DNA of 62,075 bases, filler included. It is 15 parts of 15 records of this genome, joined end to end, with 100 filler letters (N's around TTAATTAATTAA, not from the genome) between each part and the next. Parts side by side here need not be neighbours in the genome. Positions count along the whole stretch, not along the records: positions 1 to 3,988 come from SRR7504441_10984; positions 4,089 to 7,854 come from SRR7504441_10985; positions 7,955 to 11,028 come from SRR7504441_10992; 12 more parts are not named here. One strand, 5' to 3'. Of this stretch, positions 1-9,916 are shown piece by piece. The notes beneath the pieces are model-generated. The model saw only the letters and a program-made list of their open reading frames with translations. It did no database searches and was not told the DNA's origin. The translations under genes were made by a program, and so were the position numbers. Position 1 is the first letter of the stretch. Each line of letters starts with the position of its first letter.

Positions 1-26
1 TATTTCTATTTCTATTTCTATTTCTA
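1..26. repeat. (TATTTC)n microsatellite at the window edge
   Basis: tatttc x4 plus a partial unit. Confidence 0.85.
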
Positions 27-72
27 TAACGGATGGATCTAAAGTCTAAACTGTATAGATCTAACCGACGCA

Positions 73-2793
73 ATGTTGCGGCTGACCCGCCAAACAGCGC
101 TGGCCGGGTTGCGGCTGACCCGCCGCTCTAGGCCTGCCACCCAGATTCAGATCTGCTGCATCGCCTCGGAGCCGAGCCGCCTGCCGTACGAAGGCGTCAG
201 GATCCTCGAGAAAGGCAACCTGCTCAGCGGCAGGCTGGCCGGCCTGCTGTTCGCCGATCAGGGCGCTGAGGTGCTGGTGCTCGATCCTCAGCAGGGCGGC
301 GATAGTGACAGCTACCTGAACCGGGGCAAGACCAAGCTTGACTCGCTCGAGAACATCTCGCTGGCCTCGGCGGACGTCATCATCATGGATGGGGAGGACG
401 ACTCGCTGCCACGGCTACCGCACCAGATTGTGCTCCGGACGGTGGCCGGTCTGCCCGGCGACCCTGTGTTCGGGGACCTGCCGGCTGACATCGATGAGGA
501 CTATTTGAGCGCACTCACCGGGTTTTTCACCGACATGGATATGATGGGCTGGTTAGATCGCCCGGTCACCTACACGCCTCTCAAGCTCTGCTCCATCTAC
601 GCCGGAGTGATAGGAGCCAACGCCACGGCCGCCGCTCTGGTCGATCGGCTGCGGTGCGGTCAAGGCCGCGAGATCCACACTTCACGGCTGGCGGGTGGGC
701 TGTCAGCGATTGGGGCTTTGTGCTTGAAGCAGACTGGACTGCCTGAGCACCTGAATCCAGCACCGGCGATATACAAGCAAGCCGCCGAGATCCTGGTGAA
801 GCGCAAGGGGCTCGAGGCGGATCAACTTGAGGAGTACAAGCGGCAGGCGATTGCGGATCCTGCCAAGCAGGCCTGGCTGTTCCAGAGACTCTATCCATTC
901 ATGGCGCCATACAAGTGCAAGGACGGTGAATGGATCCTGCCGATGGCAACGTTCAACCGGAGGCTGGCGGTGGGGTATTGCAAGTACATGGGCTTCACCG
1001 AGGAAGTCGAAGCCTTCGGGATCGTGGATAAAGATCCGTACGGTGCTCCAAGCCAGTACGCCGTTGCTAAGAGCCGGGGGTTGCAGATCCAGCCAGCATG
1101 CCGTTTGACGACCGCAACCTTGTAACCAGTCCAACCAGCGGCCGACTGATCCGACCTGGCAGGCGCTCCCGATGGGTTTCAACTTTGCCTCGTCCTCCAA
1201 GTGCGCTGAGCTGTTCGAAGCAAAGTTCTTGGACAAGTCCGCCGCCGAGTGGGAGGCTCAACTCGAGGCCTCCGGGCTGCCATGCGCCAAGATTCAGTCC
1301 TGGGAAGACTGGTTACAGGACCCGGACGCCAGGCGCTCCCGGGTGGTCACTACCGTTGGCGGGGAGGTCCAACTCGGCCGGAGCGCGTGGACTCGGTCCG
1401 CGGGAGAGTACCCCGATTTGAAAAGCTTTGACACGGATCCTGCCGAGGTGCCTTTTGGGCTGCAAAAGCAACTCGCGGACAACTTGGCCTCAAAGGAGGC
1501 CAAGCCCCGTCCGTTGGAAGGGTATGTGATAGCTGACTTTGCGAATGTGATCGCCGGGCCGGCCTGTGGGCGGATGTTTGCCGAGCTAGGGGCCACTGTG
1601 TATAAGCTAGGCCCTGGTGTGCCTCAGGTCCGAGCCGCCGGGCTGAGTGCCTGAGCTGGGGCGCAGCACGGCCCGATGGTGATGATGGTCTGGCAAGCCG
1701 AGCTGCATCAGGGCAAGAAGTCGATCATTCTAGACAAGCACAAGCCGGCCGCGCTCGAAGTCATTCAAAAGGCGATCAAGAAGGCCGATGTGATCCTGCT
1801 CAATAAGATGGACAATCAGCTGGCCAGCTTGGGTGTCAACCGCGAGGTCGGTTAGGCATAGGTCCCAGCTGAGCCGGCTGCAGTCGCTGGACGTGACCAA
1901 CCCAAAAGCAATCTTGCTTCAACTCAAGTCACACCAGGGTGAGCGCTATTCCGAGCGTTCGAATTGGAACGGTGCGCTGCCAATCATCACATGCGCATGA
2001 CCTCGAATCGCTGGCAGGCTATGATCCCGCGCTTCAAGGCAAAACCGGGCTCATGACACGATTTGGACCGCCTGGATGCCCAAACTTCCATGGTGTGGCG
2101 TCGTGTGTGGACTACCTCACTGGATACATGGCCATGTGGGGAGGGCTGGCGGCCATCTACTCGCGCGACGACAGGAAGAGCACGGCAGGCGACTGGGCTG
2201 TGACCTCGCTTGCCACATGCGCCTCGCTCACACAGCTCACGCTCCAGAAAGGCGAGCTGCCTGCCTCTGCGGTCGGGTGCAACGCTACTGGGATGACTCC
2301 GTACGCGCGAGTGTTTGCTGTAGACGGGCAAGACATGCACGGGGCCCAGCGATACATCTACGGGCAAGTGCCTGAGTCCACAGATGTGGCGGCCCTGGAA
2401 GAGCAGCTCAAGACCATGCAGGTGGACGAGGCTGTGGCGCACTTTGAGAGCTCGTTCGGGACACTCGCAGTCCAGGTGAACACCGTCAAGGAGATAGCAG
2501 AGCAATGCTCAGACGGCCGCAGCACGTCGGCCAACTTCAAACAGAAGGACGCCGGGCAAGGATGGGTGGTCGAGACCTGGGAGCCGACCTGGTTCTGCTT
2601 CGATGGGAAGCCACTGTCCTGCCCGAGTCCGCCGACTTTCTCTGGGTCGGATGCGGAGGCCGTGCTCAAGGAGCTCGGATACTCCAAGACAGAGATCATG
2701 GGGCTGCAGCAGTCCCGGGCGGTGGTGCCTACGAATTGGCATAAATGGTGCACCGACAATAATGATAATCTGCTCGAGGAGGGCTTGGAGTGA
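73..2793 (+). CDS. Double-domain class III (CaiB/BaiF) CoA-transferase, DddD-like, with probable mitochondrial presequence; 5 introns
   Basis: Two CaiB modules (GVRIL...FADQGAEV...LNRGK and DFANVIAGPACGRMFAELGATV...GKKS). GT-AG introns at 1043-1086, 1122-1162, 1628-1666, 1847-1883 and 1972-2017 restore one frame. The second-domain catalytic-type motif is NGYDPALQ. The N-terminus is Arg-rich and lacks acidic residues. Confidence 0.88.
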
Positions 2794-3054
2794 GTATAAG
2801 TACCTCATACGAGTCAGTATAAGATAATAGAACAGCCTCCGGCGGAGGCGCGTCGATCTCTACATGTAATTTTGGGTTTTGTTTGAACATTTTGTTTATA
2901 TAACAATTATACATGACATTGTAGTCGGATAAACGGATGGTTCAAGCACTTATAATTACTGACTTGCATTAGGTGTAGTGTCAACTAGATATCCATCGTA
3001 TCACTGATAGTGGGTACTAAGTAACTCAGTACTAAACTTACAACTAAGTGGCTG

Positions 3055-3988
3055 CTATTCGGTTGAAGCTGCAAGGTCGCTAAGAGCTCTCTGCAACTGC
3101 GAATGCCTCATGCAATGCGGAGGACCGCGAGGTGTGCAGGTCGAGTTGCGTGATCCATCACGCAACTCGACCTGCACACCTAGGTCGCGATAGCGCTGCT
3201 CCATAGCGTCGGCTAACTCGGGATGGCCGTAAGTAGATGCCAGTCCCATTGGGCTCATGCCATTGCAGTCATGCCGGTCTTGCCTCGCTCCCGCCTCGAT
3301 CAACGCTATTGCTGGCTCTGTGTGGCCGTGGCAAGATGCCTGCATCAGCGCAGTCCGGCCTTGCTTATTCCTAATATCCACACCCGCTCCCGCCCCGATC
3401 AAGGCCGACACTATATCAGTGTGGCCATTGCCAGCTGCATCGATCAGTGCAGTATTGCCATCCTTAGCCTGCAGATCGAGCCCCGCCCGCGCCCCAATCA
3501 ACGCTGTCGCTACCTCGGGGTGACCTAGCTTTGCAGCCGCCATGAGTGCAGTATTGCCTTGCTTATCTTGCTGGTCCAGCTCCACCTCGGCCCAGACCAG
3601 CGATGCCACGATCTCCGTGTGGCCCATCCCAGCTGCCCTGATCAGCGCAGTCAGGCCGTCCTTGTCTTGCAAGTCTGCCCTCGCCCCCGCCCCGAGCAGC
3701 GCCGTGGTGATCGCTTTGTGCCCTCGGATGGCTGCTATCATCAGCGCAGTCATTTGATAATAATCCCGAAGGTCCAGCACCGCTTGAGCTCCGCCGCCTG
3801 GTTGGCCTGCGGCCGGCTGCCAGATCAACGCCGTCGCTACCTCCGTATGGCCATGCTCAGCTGCCGCCATGAGTGCGGTCATGCCGTCCCTCGCCTGCAG
3901 GTCGCGCCCAGCCCCGGCCCCGATCAGCGCCGTCGCCACCTCGATGTGTCCTCTGCCCGCTGCCTGGATCAGTGCGGTCAAACCTTCC
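3055..3988 (-). CDS. Ankyrin repeat protein (5'-truncated)
   Basis: About 8 G-x-TAL-x-x-AA-x-x-GH repeats; the ORF runs into the spacer. Confidence 0.93.
3130..3181. repeat. Perfect 25-bp inverted repeat with a 2-nt loop
   Basis: AGGTGTGCAGGTCGAGTTGCGTGAT-CC-ATCACGCAACTCGACCTGCACACCT. Confidence 0.95.
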
Positions 3989-4088
3989 NNNNNNNNNNNN
4001 NNNNNNNNNNNNNNNNNNNNNNNNNNNNNNNNTTAATTAATTAANNNNNNNNNNNNNNNNNNNNNNNNNNNNNNNNNNNNNNNNNNNN
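3989..4088. other. Artificial contig-joining spacer (44 N + TTAATTAATTAA + 44 N); first of 14
   Basis: An identical 100-nt linker with stops in all six frames lies at 3989-4088, 7855-7954, 11029-11128, 15813-15912, 19692-19791, 25145-25244, 30198-30297, 34100-34199, 38287-38386, 42591-42690, 46187-46286, 49661-49760, 53161-53260 and 58002-58101. Genes are cut mid-ORF at these points. Confidence 0.98.
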
Positions 4089-4992
4089 TCGCCGACGGTT
4101 TAGCCCCAGGGGCAGCACGATTGGGATGAGAATGGGGTGATCTTCCGGATTGGCTCCAGGAACCAGAAGGAATTCTTTAGCAACCCGGCCTGCCACGCGG
4201 CGCATCCTGGCAGCTTGCCGCCAGTATGCCAGCCCAGGCCTTTTAATGCCAATCAGCAGGCAGGTGAGCGTGTCAGTTAACGGTGGCCGGTGTGATGGAG
4301 ATGAGAGGCTGCTGCTTAGCAGGCAAGGCCTACCCATCCGGGTGCAGCCTGGGCCAGGGGCGCTCACTGCAGCGGTCCTGATTGACTTGGGAGCCACGAG
4401 GGAGGTGCGGCCTACAAGTTACACAGTTGGTGTGGGTGCGCAGACTGCTGGTTGGTGGCTTATGGCTTCAAATAATCAGATCGATTGGGAGTTGCTAGAC
4501 CACCAGCAGCCGGGTGCTGCAGGCTGTCTTGCGCTCCACCACACGGGTGGCAGCTCTCAGCCCTGGATGCCAGCGAGTGTGGCCGCCAGCTGGACCGGAT
4601 CAGCTGCGACAGTTCCAGGAACTAGCTGCACCCGGCTAACCACCCGCCCACATCAGGCTGCTGTGCCGCCATCTGCCAGCAACCTGACGGCTGGTACGGT
4701 GGTACACCTGATGAAAAGCAAGCAAGCCTGGGAGGCTGCATTAAAGGCGGCCGGCATGGTATGGGATGCAAGTTTGGAGGCGCTGCGAAGTTGTGAAGCC
4801 ACAGTTAGTTCAGTCGATGGCCAAGTGTTTAGCATTCCGCAGGCAGAGGGAAAGTTCCTTCCTCTTGGTGTTGTGAGCAAAGTCTTTCCTATCGCTGGAT
4901 TCCGCTGGTTCAAGCTTAGTTCAACTTCGCTTGATCTCACGGGCTTTGAGCTGTATGGTGAGTTTGTTCAGGGAGAACTTGGACTATATTGA
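4089..4992 (+). CDS. 5'-truncated protein with a HECTD1-type galactose-binding-like (F5/8-like) domain and an inserted Mib-repeat (SH3-like) segment
   Basis: HDWDENGVIFRIG...NP in one frame, then a 40-nt GT-AG intron (4224-4263), then IDLGATREVRPTSYTV, WWLMASNNQIDW, GFRWFKL and LTGFELYG. A further in-frame intron is possible at 4612-4656. Confidence 0.6.
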
Positions 4993-5271
4993 TCAGCAAT
5001 CGCGACCAATGTAATGAGACCCATGGAGTTTTGATGGGTCCAGCCTGAGCTTGAAAATTGATCAAAATGTCTACTAATTGGCGTCAAAGATGCGTCAAAA
5101 TCCCCATTTAATACACCAAAATGAAAATACTAGGTACTCAGAACAATATCATACCCATGCAATAACTTTATATAATCTTGGATTCAATGAACAGACAACC
5201 GAGTAGACTGAAGAGACGCCCTAAGGGCCGGCGCAAGCCGGAGCAACTCGGGGCGTGTCGCCGCCGAGCGA

Positions 5272-5889
5272 CTAGGCGAAGTGGCTGGGAATGAAGATGA
5301 GTCCGGTGCTGCCTGCGTGCGCCCCCCCTAGCGAGCTCGCCACATCAATAGCCACTTTGTTACGCACCATCATCTCCTCGTCCCCCCGGACCTCGGCGAT
5401 ATCGCGCGATTTCAGAAAAGCCTGCCCCGCCAGCGAGAAGTTCTTGCCACCCTGGTGCGCTTGCCCGAGCCAGTGATAGAGCCAGCAAGCCTCCTGCTGA
5501 TCCGCCCGAGACAGGCCAGCTAGCGCTTTTTCAAAGTAAAGCTGGGCCTCCCGGAACTCGTTATTTCGGAGGTGCGCCCGTCCGAATGCAGCTAGCTCGG
5601 CTGGAGGGACTCGGCACCGCTTGCCGTCGGGCATGATCCTACCCTCCAGGTTGGGGGTGCACGGCACTGCACGGCCGGCCTCCTTGCAGCCTCCGCCATA
5701 CGCGTAGCTCAGCCCGCCGTGCGCGTGCAGCTGCCAGTCTGCGTGCCTGCCCACGCCGTACGGTACCTGCCTAGACTGCTCAGCCGAGACGAGGGGGGCC
5801 GGGCGCCTGGGCTGGCCAGTCCACTTGCCCGGTGGGGTAAGGGCGGCTCCAGCTGGCAGGGAAGGCACCTCGCGGCACTCTGCCGCCAT
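5272..5889 (-). CDS. Small TPR-repeat protein
   Basis: Two C-terminal TPR-like helix pairs (GRAHLRNNEFREAQLYFEKAL; LGQAHQGGKNFSLAGQAFLKS). Confidence 0.65.
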   Translation of the reverse strand: MAAECREVPSLPAGAALTPPGKWTGQPRRPAPLVSAEQSRQVPYGVGRHADWQLHAHGGLSYAYGGGCKEAGRAVPCTPNLEGRIMPDGKRCRVPPAELAAFGRAHLRNNEFREAQLYFEKALAGLSRADQQEACWLYHWLGQAHQGGKNFSLAGQAFLKSRDIAEVRGDEEMMVRNKVAIDVASSLGGAHAGSTGLIFIPSHFA

Positions 5890-6019
5890 TGGAGAACATT
5901 GAGCCCTCGCCGCCCTTCATGGGCAGGAACGAGTAGTTTCCCGCCATGGGCTTGCAGCGGTGTCCTCGTGGAGCTCTGGTGCCACGCAGAGAAACGGCCG
6001 CAGTAACGGCAGCTTTGGT

Positions 6020-7171
6020 ATGGCGGAGCTGCCGGGGCGGATCCTGGTGCGGTGTAGGGAGCCGGTGACCGCCCTGGCGGCGAGCCCGGAGGCCGGGTTG
6101 CTGCTGTGCGGCGGCGACAGCGGCGCGGCCCTATGGCCGCTCTCCGGGGCCCCGGCGGGTGCGCCGTTGCTCGAGTTGCCCACGGAGGGCCGGGTGCGCG
6201 CGGTGGGGTTCGTAGCCGGATCGGGCTGGCTGGGGCTGGCGGTCTGCGCCGGGCCGCTGTGCGTGCTGTGGGACGCCGAGACGGGCAGCTGCTGGGCCGT
6301 GCTGGCCGGGCACCAAGGCCCGGTGCTCGCCCTCACAGCGCTGTGCGACCAGCCGGGAGTGGCCACCGCCGGCGAGGACGGCAGTTGCAGGGTGTGGCGG
6401 CTGGCCGGAGGGCGGCCGGGCCCACCAGAGACGCTGAACTGCAACCGTTTGCTCGAGGGGCACACCGACCACGTGCTCTGCCTGGCCGGCCCCGGGCATG
6501 ACCGGTTGGCTTCCGGCTCGCGAGACATGAGCGTCCGACTCTGGGCCGTGGACCTTGAACTGTGCCTGCACGTCGTGCCAATGCCGCACGTGGTGCGCGG
6601 CCTGGCGCCGCGGGCTGGGCACGTGGTGGCCGTGTGCTTCAACGGGCACATTGTTCAGTTGAATGAGCAGGGCGATTCGGTCTGCTCGTGGCACTCTGGG
6701 CCGGCGGACGGGCTTCAGCCCTGGGCAGTTTGTCCGTTGGGCCAGTCCGGGCTTGCGTTTGCCTTTGGGGCGCCCGGCTCCAAAGACAGCCTGTTGCTGC
6801 AGCTCGAGGCCGCTGACGGGTTTGGGTTGTGGTACAGGCTCCAAAAGGCTGGGGACGGCGCGAGGGCTCTTTGTGCAGGCCCGGCAGGGACAGTTCTGGT
6901 TTCGCGAGTTGTCCGCCCGATAGGTGGCATGACACTCCGGGCTGTGTGTATGGTAGGCTGCCACGTGGCGGGCTGGTGCAAGCAGCGGCACTCGAGGGCG
7001 GGAGTTGAGTTTAGGAGGCAAGTGCTGGTGCTGCTGGCTTGCACTGGTCTTGGGCTATCAGCGGATGTGGTGGAGAGGGTGCTGCGGGAACTGTACCAAA
7101 TAAGCCACAACGGCATGTATGGCCATGTTCGGTCTTCAGATGTCGTTATAGCTAGTGAGACATCTCACTGA
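6020..7171 (+). CDS. WD40-repeat protein
   Basis: LAGHQGPVLAL...TAGEDGSCRVW and LEGHTDHVLCL...LASGSRDMSVRLW; ATG at 6020. Confidence 0.85.
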   Translation: MAELPGRILVRCREPVTALAASPEAGLLLCGGDSGAALWPLSGAPAGAPLLELPTEGRVRAVGFVAGSGWLGLAVCAGPLCVLWDAETGSCWAVLAGHQGPVLALTALCDQPGVATAGEDGSCRVWRLAGGRPGPPETLNCNRLLEGHTDHVLCLAGPGHDRLASGSRDMSVRLWAVDLELCLHVVPMPHVVRGLAPRAGHVVAVCFNGHIVQLNEQGDSVCSWHSGPADGLQPWAVCPLGQSGLAFAFGAPGSKDSLLLQLEAADGFGLWYRLQKAGDGARALCAGPAGTVLVSRVVRPIGGMTLRAVCMVGCHVAGWCKQRHSRAGVEFRRQVLVLLACTGLGLSADVVERVLRELYQISHNGMYGHVRSSDVVIASETSH

Positions 7172-7654
7172 TTAAGTCATCTGAGAGCCGTGAGCAGCCG
7201 TGAGTGGATAACTGATTGTGCTCTATTCACGGTGACATAGCTTTAGAGCTGCTCTCCGCGCACATGACTACATGTACTCAACGCCCTTACTCAGTCTGTC
7301 AAAGAACCTTTGAACAGCTAACTGCTTTGATGAATATCACTGTTAATTATTCGGGTCCGGGACGTTGTATCGCTCTATCTAACTGGACTATTTAATCCAA
7401 GTCTGTGTGAGAACATCACCCTTAGCTTGGCGTGATCTCATCTACCAAAAGCCATGCATAATTATATGGACGACGGGACGATCGCGATTGCACGATTGCA
7501 TTGCTTCACCCCGTAGCTGCACCTAGAATGATCCAGGATCTCACGACAGCGTCGACCGTTAACATGTTACGTATACCTTTCCAGACTGGCAGCTGAGTCA
7601 GCTAGCGCTGCTGACTGGACAGACTGCAGTCTGCTGATCAGCTGATCAGCAGCC

Positions 7655-7854
7655 ATGGCTGATCTTCACGCCGAGACCAATGGTCTCAAGAGGCCCCAGG
7701 GGGAAGCGGCCGAGACCGAGCCCGCGGCGCCCCAGGCTCGGCGGCGTAAGTCGGACCCAAGCACGGCAAGCCCTTTGCCGCCCGGGGCCAGCCAGAACCG
7801 TAAGCCCCTTTCCGACCGCGGGCCGCCCAAGCGACCCAAGCTCAGCTCGCCGGC
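7655..7854 (+). CDS. Hypothetical protein N-terminus (3'-truncated), basic NLS-like patches
   Basis: ATG in gccATGg context and an open frame to the spacer; RRRK and PPKRPK. Confidence 0.45.
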
Positions 7855-8160
7855 NNNNNNNNNNNNNNNNNNNNNNNNNNNNNNNNNNNNNNNNNNNNTT
7901 AATTAATTAANNNNNNNNNNNNNNNNNNNNNNNNNNNNNNNNNNNNNNNNNNNNGGAGGTGGACCGACAGTGTACTACATGGCGTTAATTAGTACTATAG
8001 CTAATTGTACATAATTGACGATAACTAGCATGATAACTAGTCTACTACAGTGCCAGTGGACTGACTGAGTAGACTCTTACTGTACTTGTATACGTACTTG
8101 TACAAGTACTGAAGTTGAGGCAGTTGAGGTGTGGTTGGCCAGAGGGGCGTGCGTGCAGCG

Positions 8161-9623
8161 ATGCCGGCGGCTCGCGAGAAAGGCTACAAGGGCTGGATCC
8201 GAGTGAAGGACAAGTTCGGCGGCCAAACCTGGCAGCGAGCCGACCGCACCCACGGCGACCTCGACCACCACCCCTCCCGCGGCGGCTGGCGGCCGACCGA
8301 CGGCCCGAGCTCCGACCGCGACAACGTCTGGGTCTCATACGACGACGACGACGGCGATGTCCGTTGGGGTAACGGACACCAACGGCTCCGGCGGTCGACC
8401 AGCCCCCGGCGCCCGCCGAGGCGCCGCTCGCCGAGCCCGAGCCGCCGGTCAAAACAGGAGCACGGCGCTCGGCGGCCGGCGAGTCCGGTGCGGCAACGGC
8501 CGGGTTACGAGTTCTCGGCGGCGCAACGGAATGTGCAGGAGGCGGCGGCCGAGCTGGACGAGGTTGAGTTTTATTTATCCGAAGCCAACGCCTCCGGGGA
8601 TGGCGCGGGGGTGGCGGCGCTGGAGGGGATGGTGGGGGCGGCGCGCGAGCAGCTGGCGGAGGCGAAGGTGGCGATGATGGATTTGGAGGCAAGGGAGGCG
8701 GCCGCGGCTGTGCAGGCGGTGGAGGCTCGGGCGGCGGCGGGCGACTTCGTGGCTGGTTCGGAGGTCGAGGCTGCGAGGCAGAAGCATCGAAACGCCGTCG
8801 TGATGCTGGGAAACGCGCTCGGGCATGAGATGGCGATGGCGCCGTCCCCGCCGCCGGCGGCTGGGCTGGTGCACCACCACCACCCGCCGGCTGGCGTGGA
8901 GGTGGAGCATCTGCGGGCGGCGCTGGCTGCTTCGGAAGCCGACTCGATTATGGCCAAGTCAGCACTGCAGATGGCGGCGACCGACTCGGCGAGGGGTGCT
9001 CCAACGGATGTTAACGGAATTTAACGGCATTGTGGTAGGGGCGGAGCACGCGATGCAGCTGGAGGCCGAGCTCGGTCAGGTGGCGATTATCATTTAACGC
9101 TATTTTTAACGCTGTATTTAATGTTATTGATGTTGGATGGCAGGCCGTGAACACGGAGCGCGCTATGAGCGAGGAGCTGAGGTGTGTGGATTAGTGTCCG
9201 TTAACGCGGCGAGCCGTTGGGGCAGGTTTCTGCGGCAACGAGCGTGCGAGAGCTCGGCGGCTTTGATTTCGCTCACTGAGGAGTCTGAGGGCTTGCACCG
9301 GCAGGCGATCGAGGCGTCTATATATAGTACTTTACAGTACAGTGTGTAGTATATATACACACACTATAGTACTGTAGTACTGTAGTACTAGTGTACTGGA
9401 GGGGTCTGAAGGCTTGCACCGGCAGGCGATCGAGGCGCTGCACGACCTTGGCGTCCCCCCCGCCCAAGGCCCCCCGATGCTGATGCCACTCAGCCCGCCG
9501 CCGCCGCCAGGGTTGCCACCAGTCAGCCTGAGCGGCCCCCGAGGCCCAGACCCGGCAGAGATGGCGCGGAGGGAGGCCATAAATCAGCTGCAGCTCTTGT
9601 GTACGCACTTGGAAGGATATTAG
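8161..9623 (+). CDS. Hypothetical RS-rich/coiled-coil protein; 4 introns
   Basis: Introns at 8996-9038, 9080-9143, 9182-9225 and 9305-9425 (GC-AG) give a continuous frame ending LCTHLEGY*. Confidence 0.65.
9275..9437 (+). repeat. About 42-bp exon duplication flanking a 78-bp AT-rich quasi-palindromic insert
   Basis: actgaggagtctgagggcttgcaccggcaggcgatcgaggcg (9275-9316) versus actggaggggtctgaaggcttgcaccggcaggcgatcgaggcg (9395-9437). Confidence 0.92.
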
Positions 9624-9916
9624 CCCGTGGTAGTCTAGTAGAGCTATTATAGAGCTGTTACTGCAATACTGATCTATGCGCGGATGACTGAATACGGGAG
9701 CTTACTGTACTTACTAAAGACAGACTTAGTACTATGTACGTGTAAGCAACGGTTATGGCTTGAGCTTCTAAGCATGTATATTTTAATAACAACCACCAGT
9801 ATGCGATCACGCGCACCTGGGTCTTCATCCGCGCCCTTGTAAGCACTATTGTAAGTACATAGCGTGTTCTACAAGTCATGTACGACACCGGCGCCAGCGA
9901 AGCCGTCATGCGCTGC

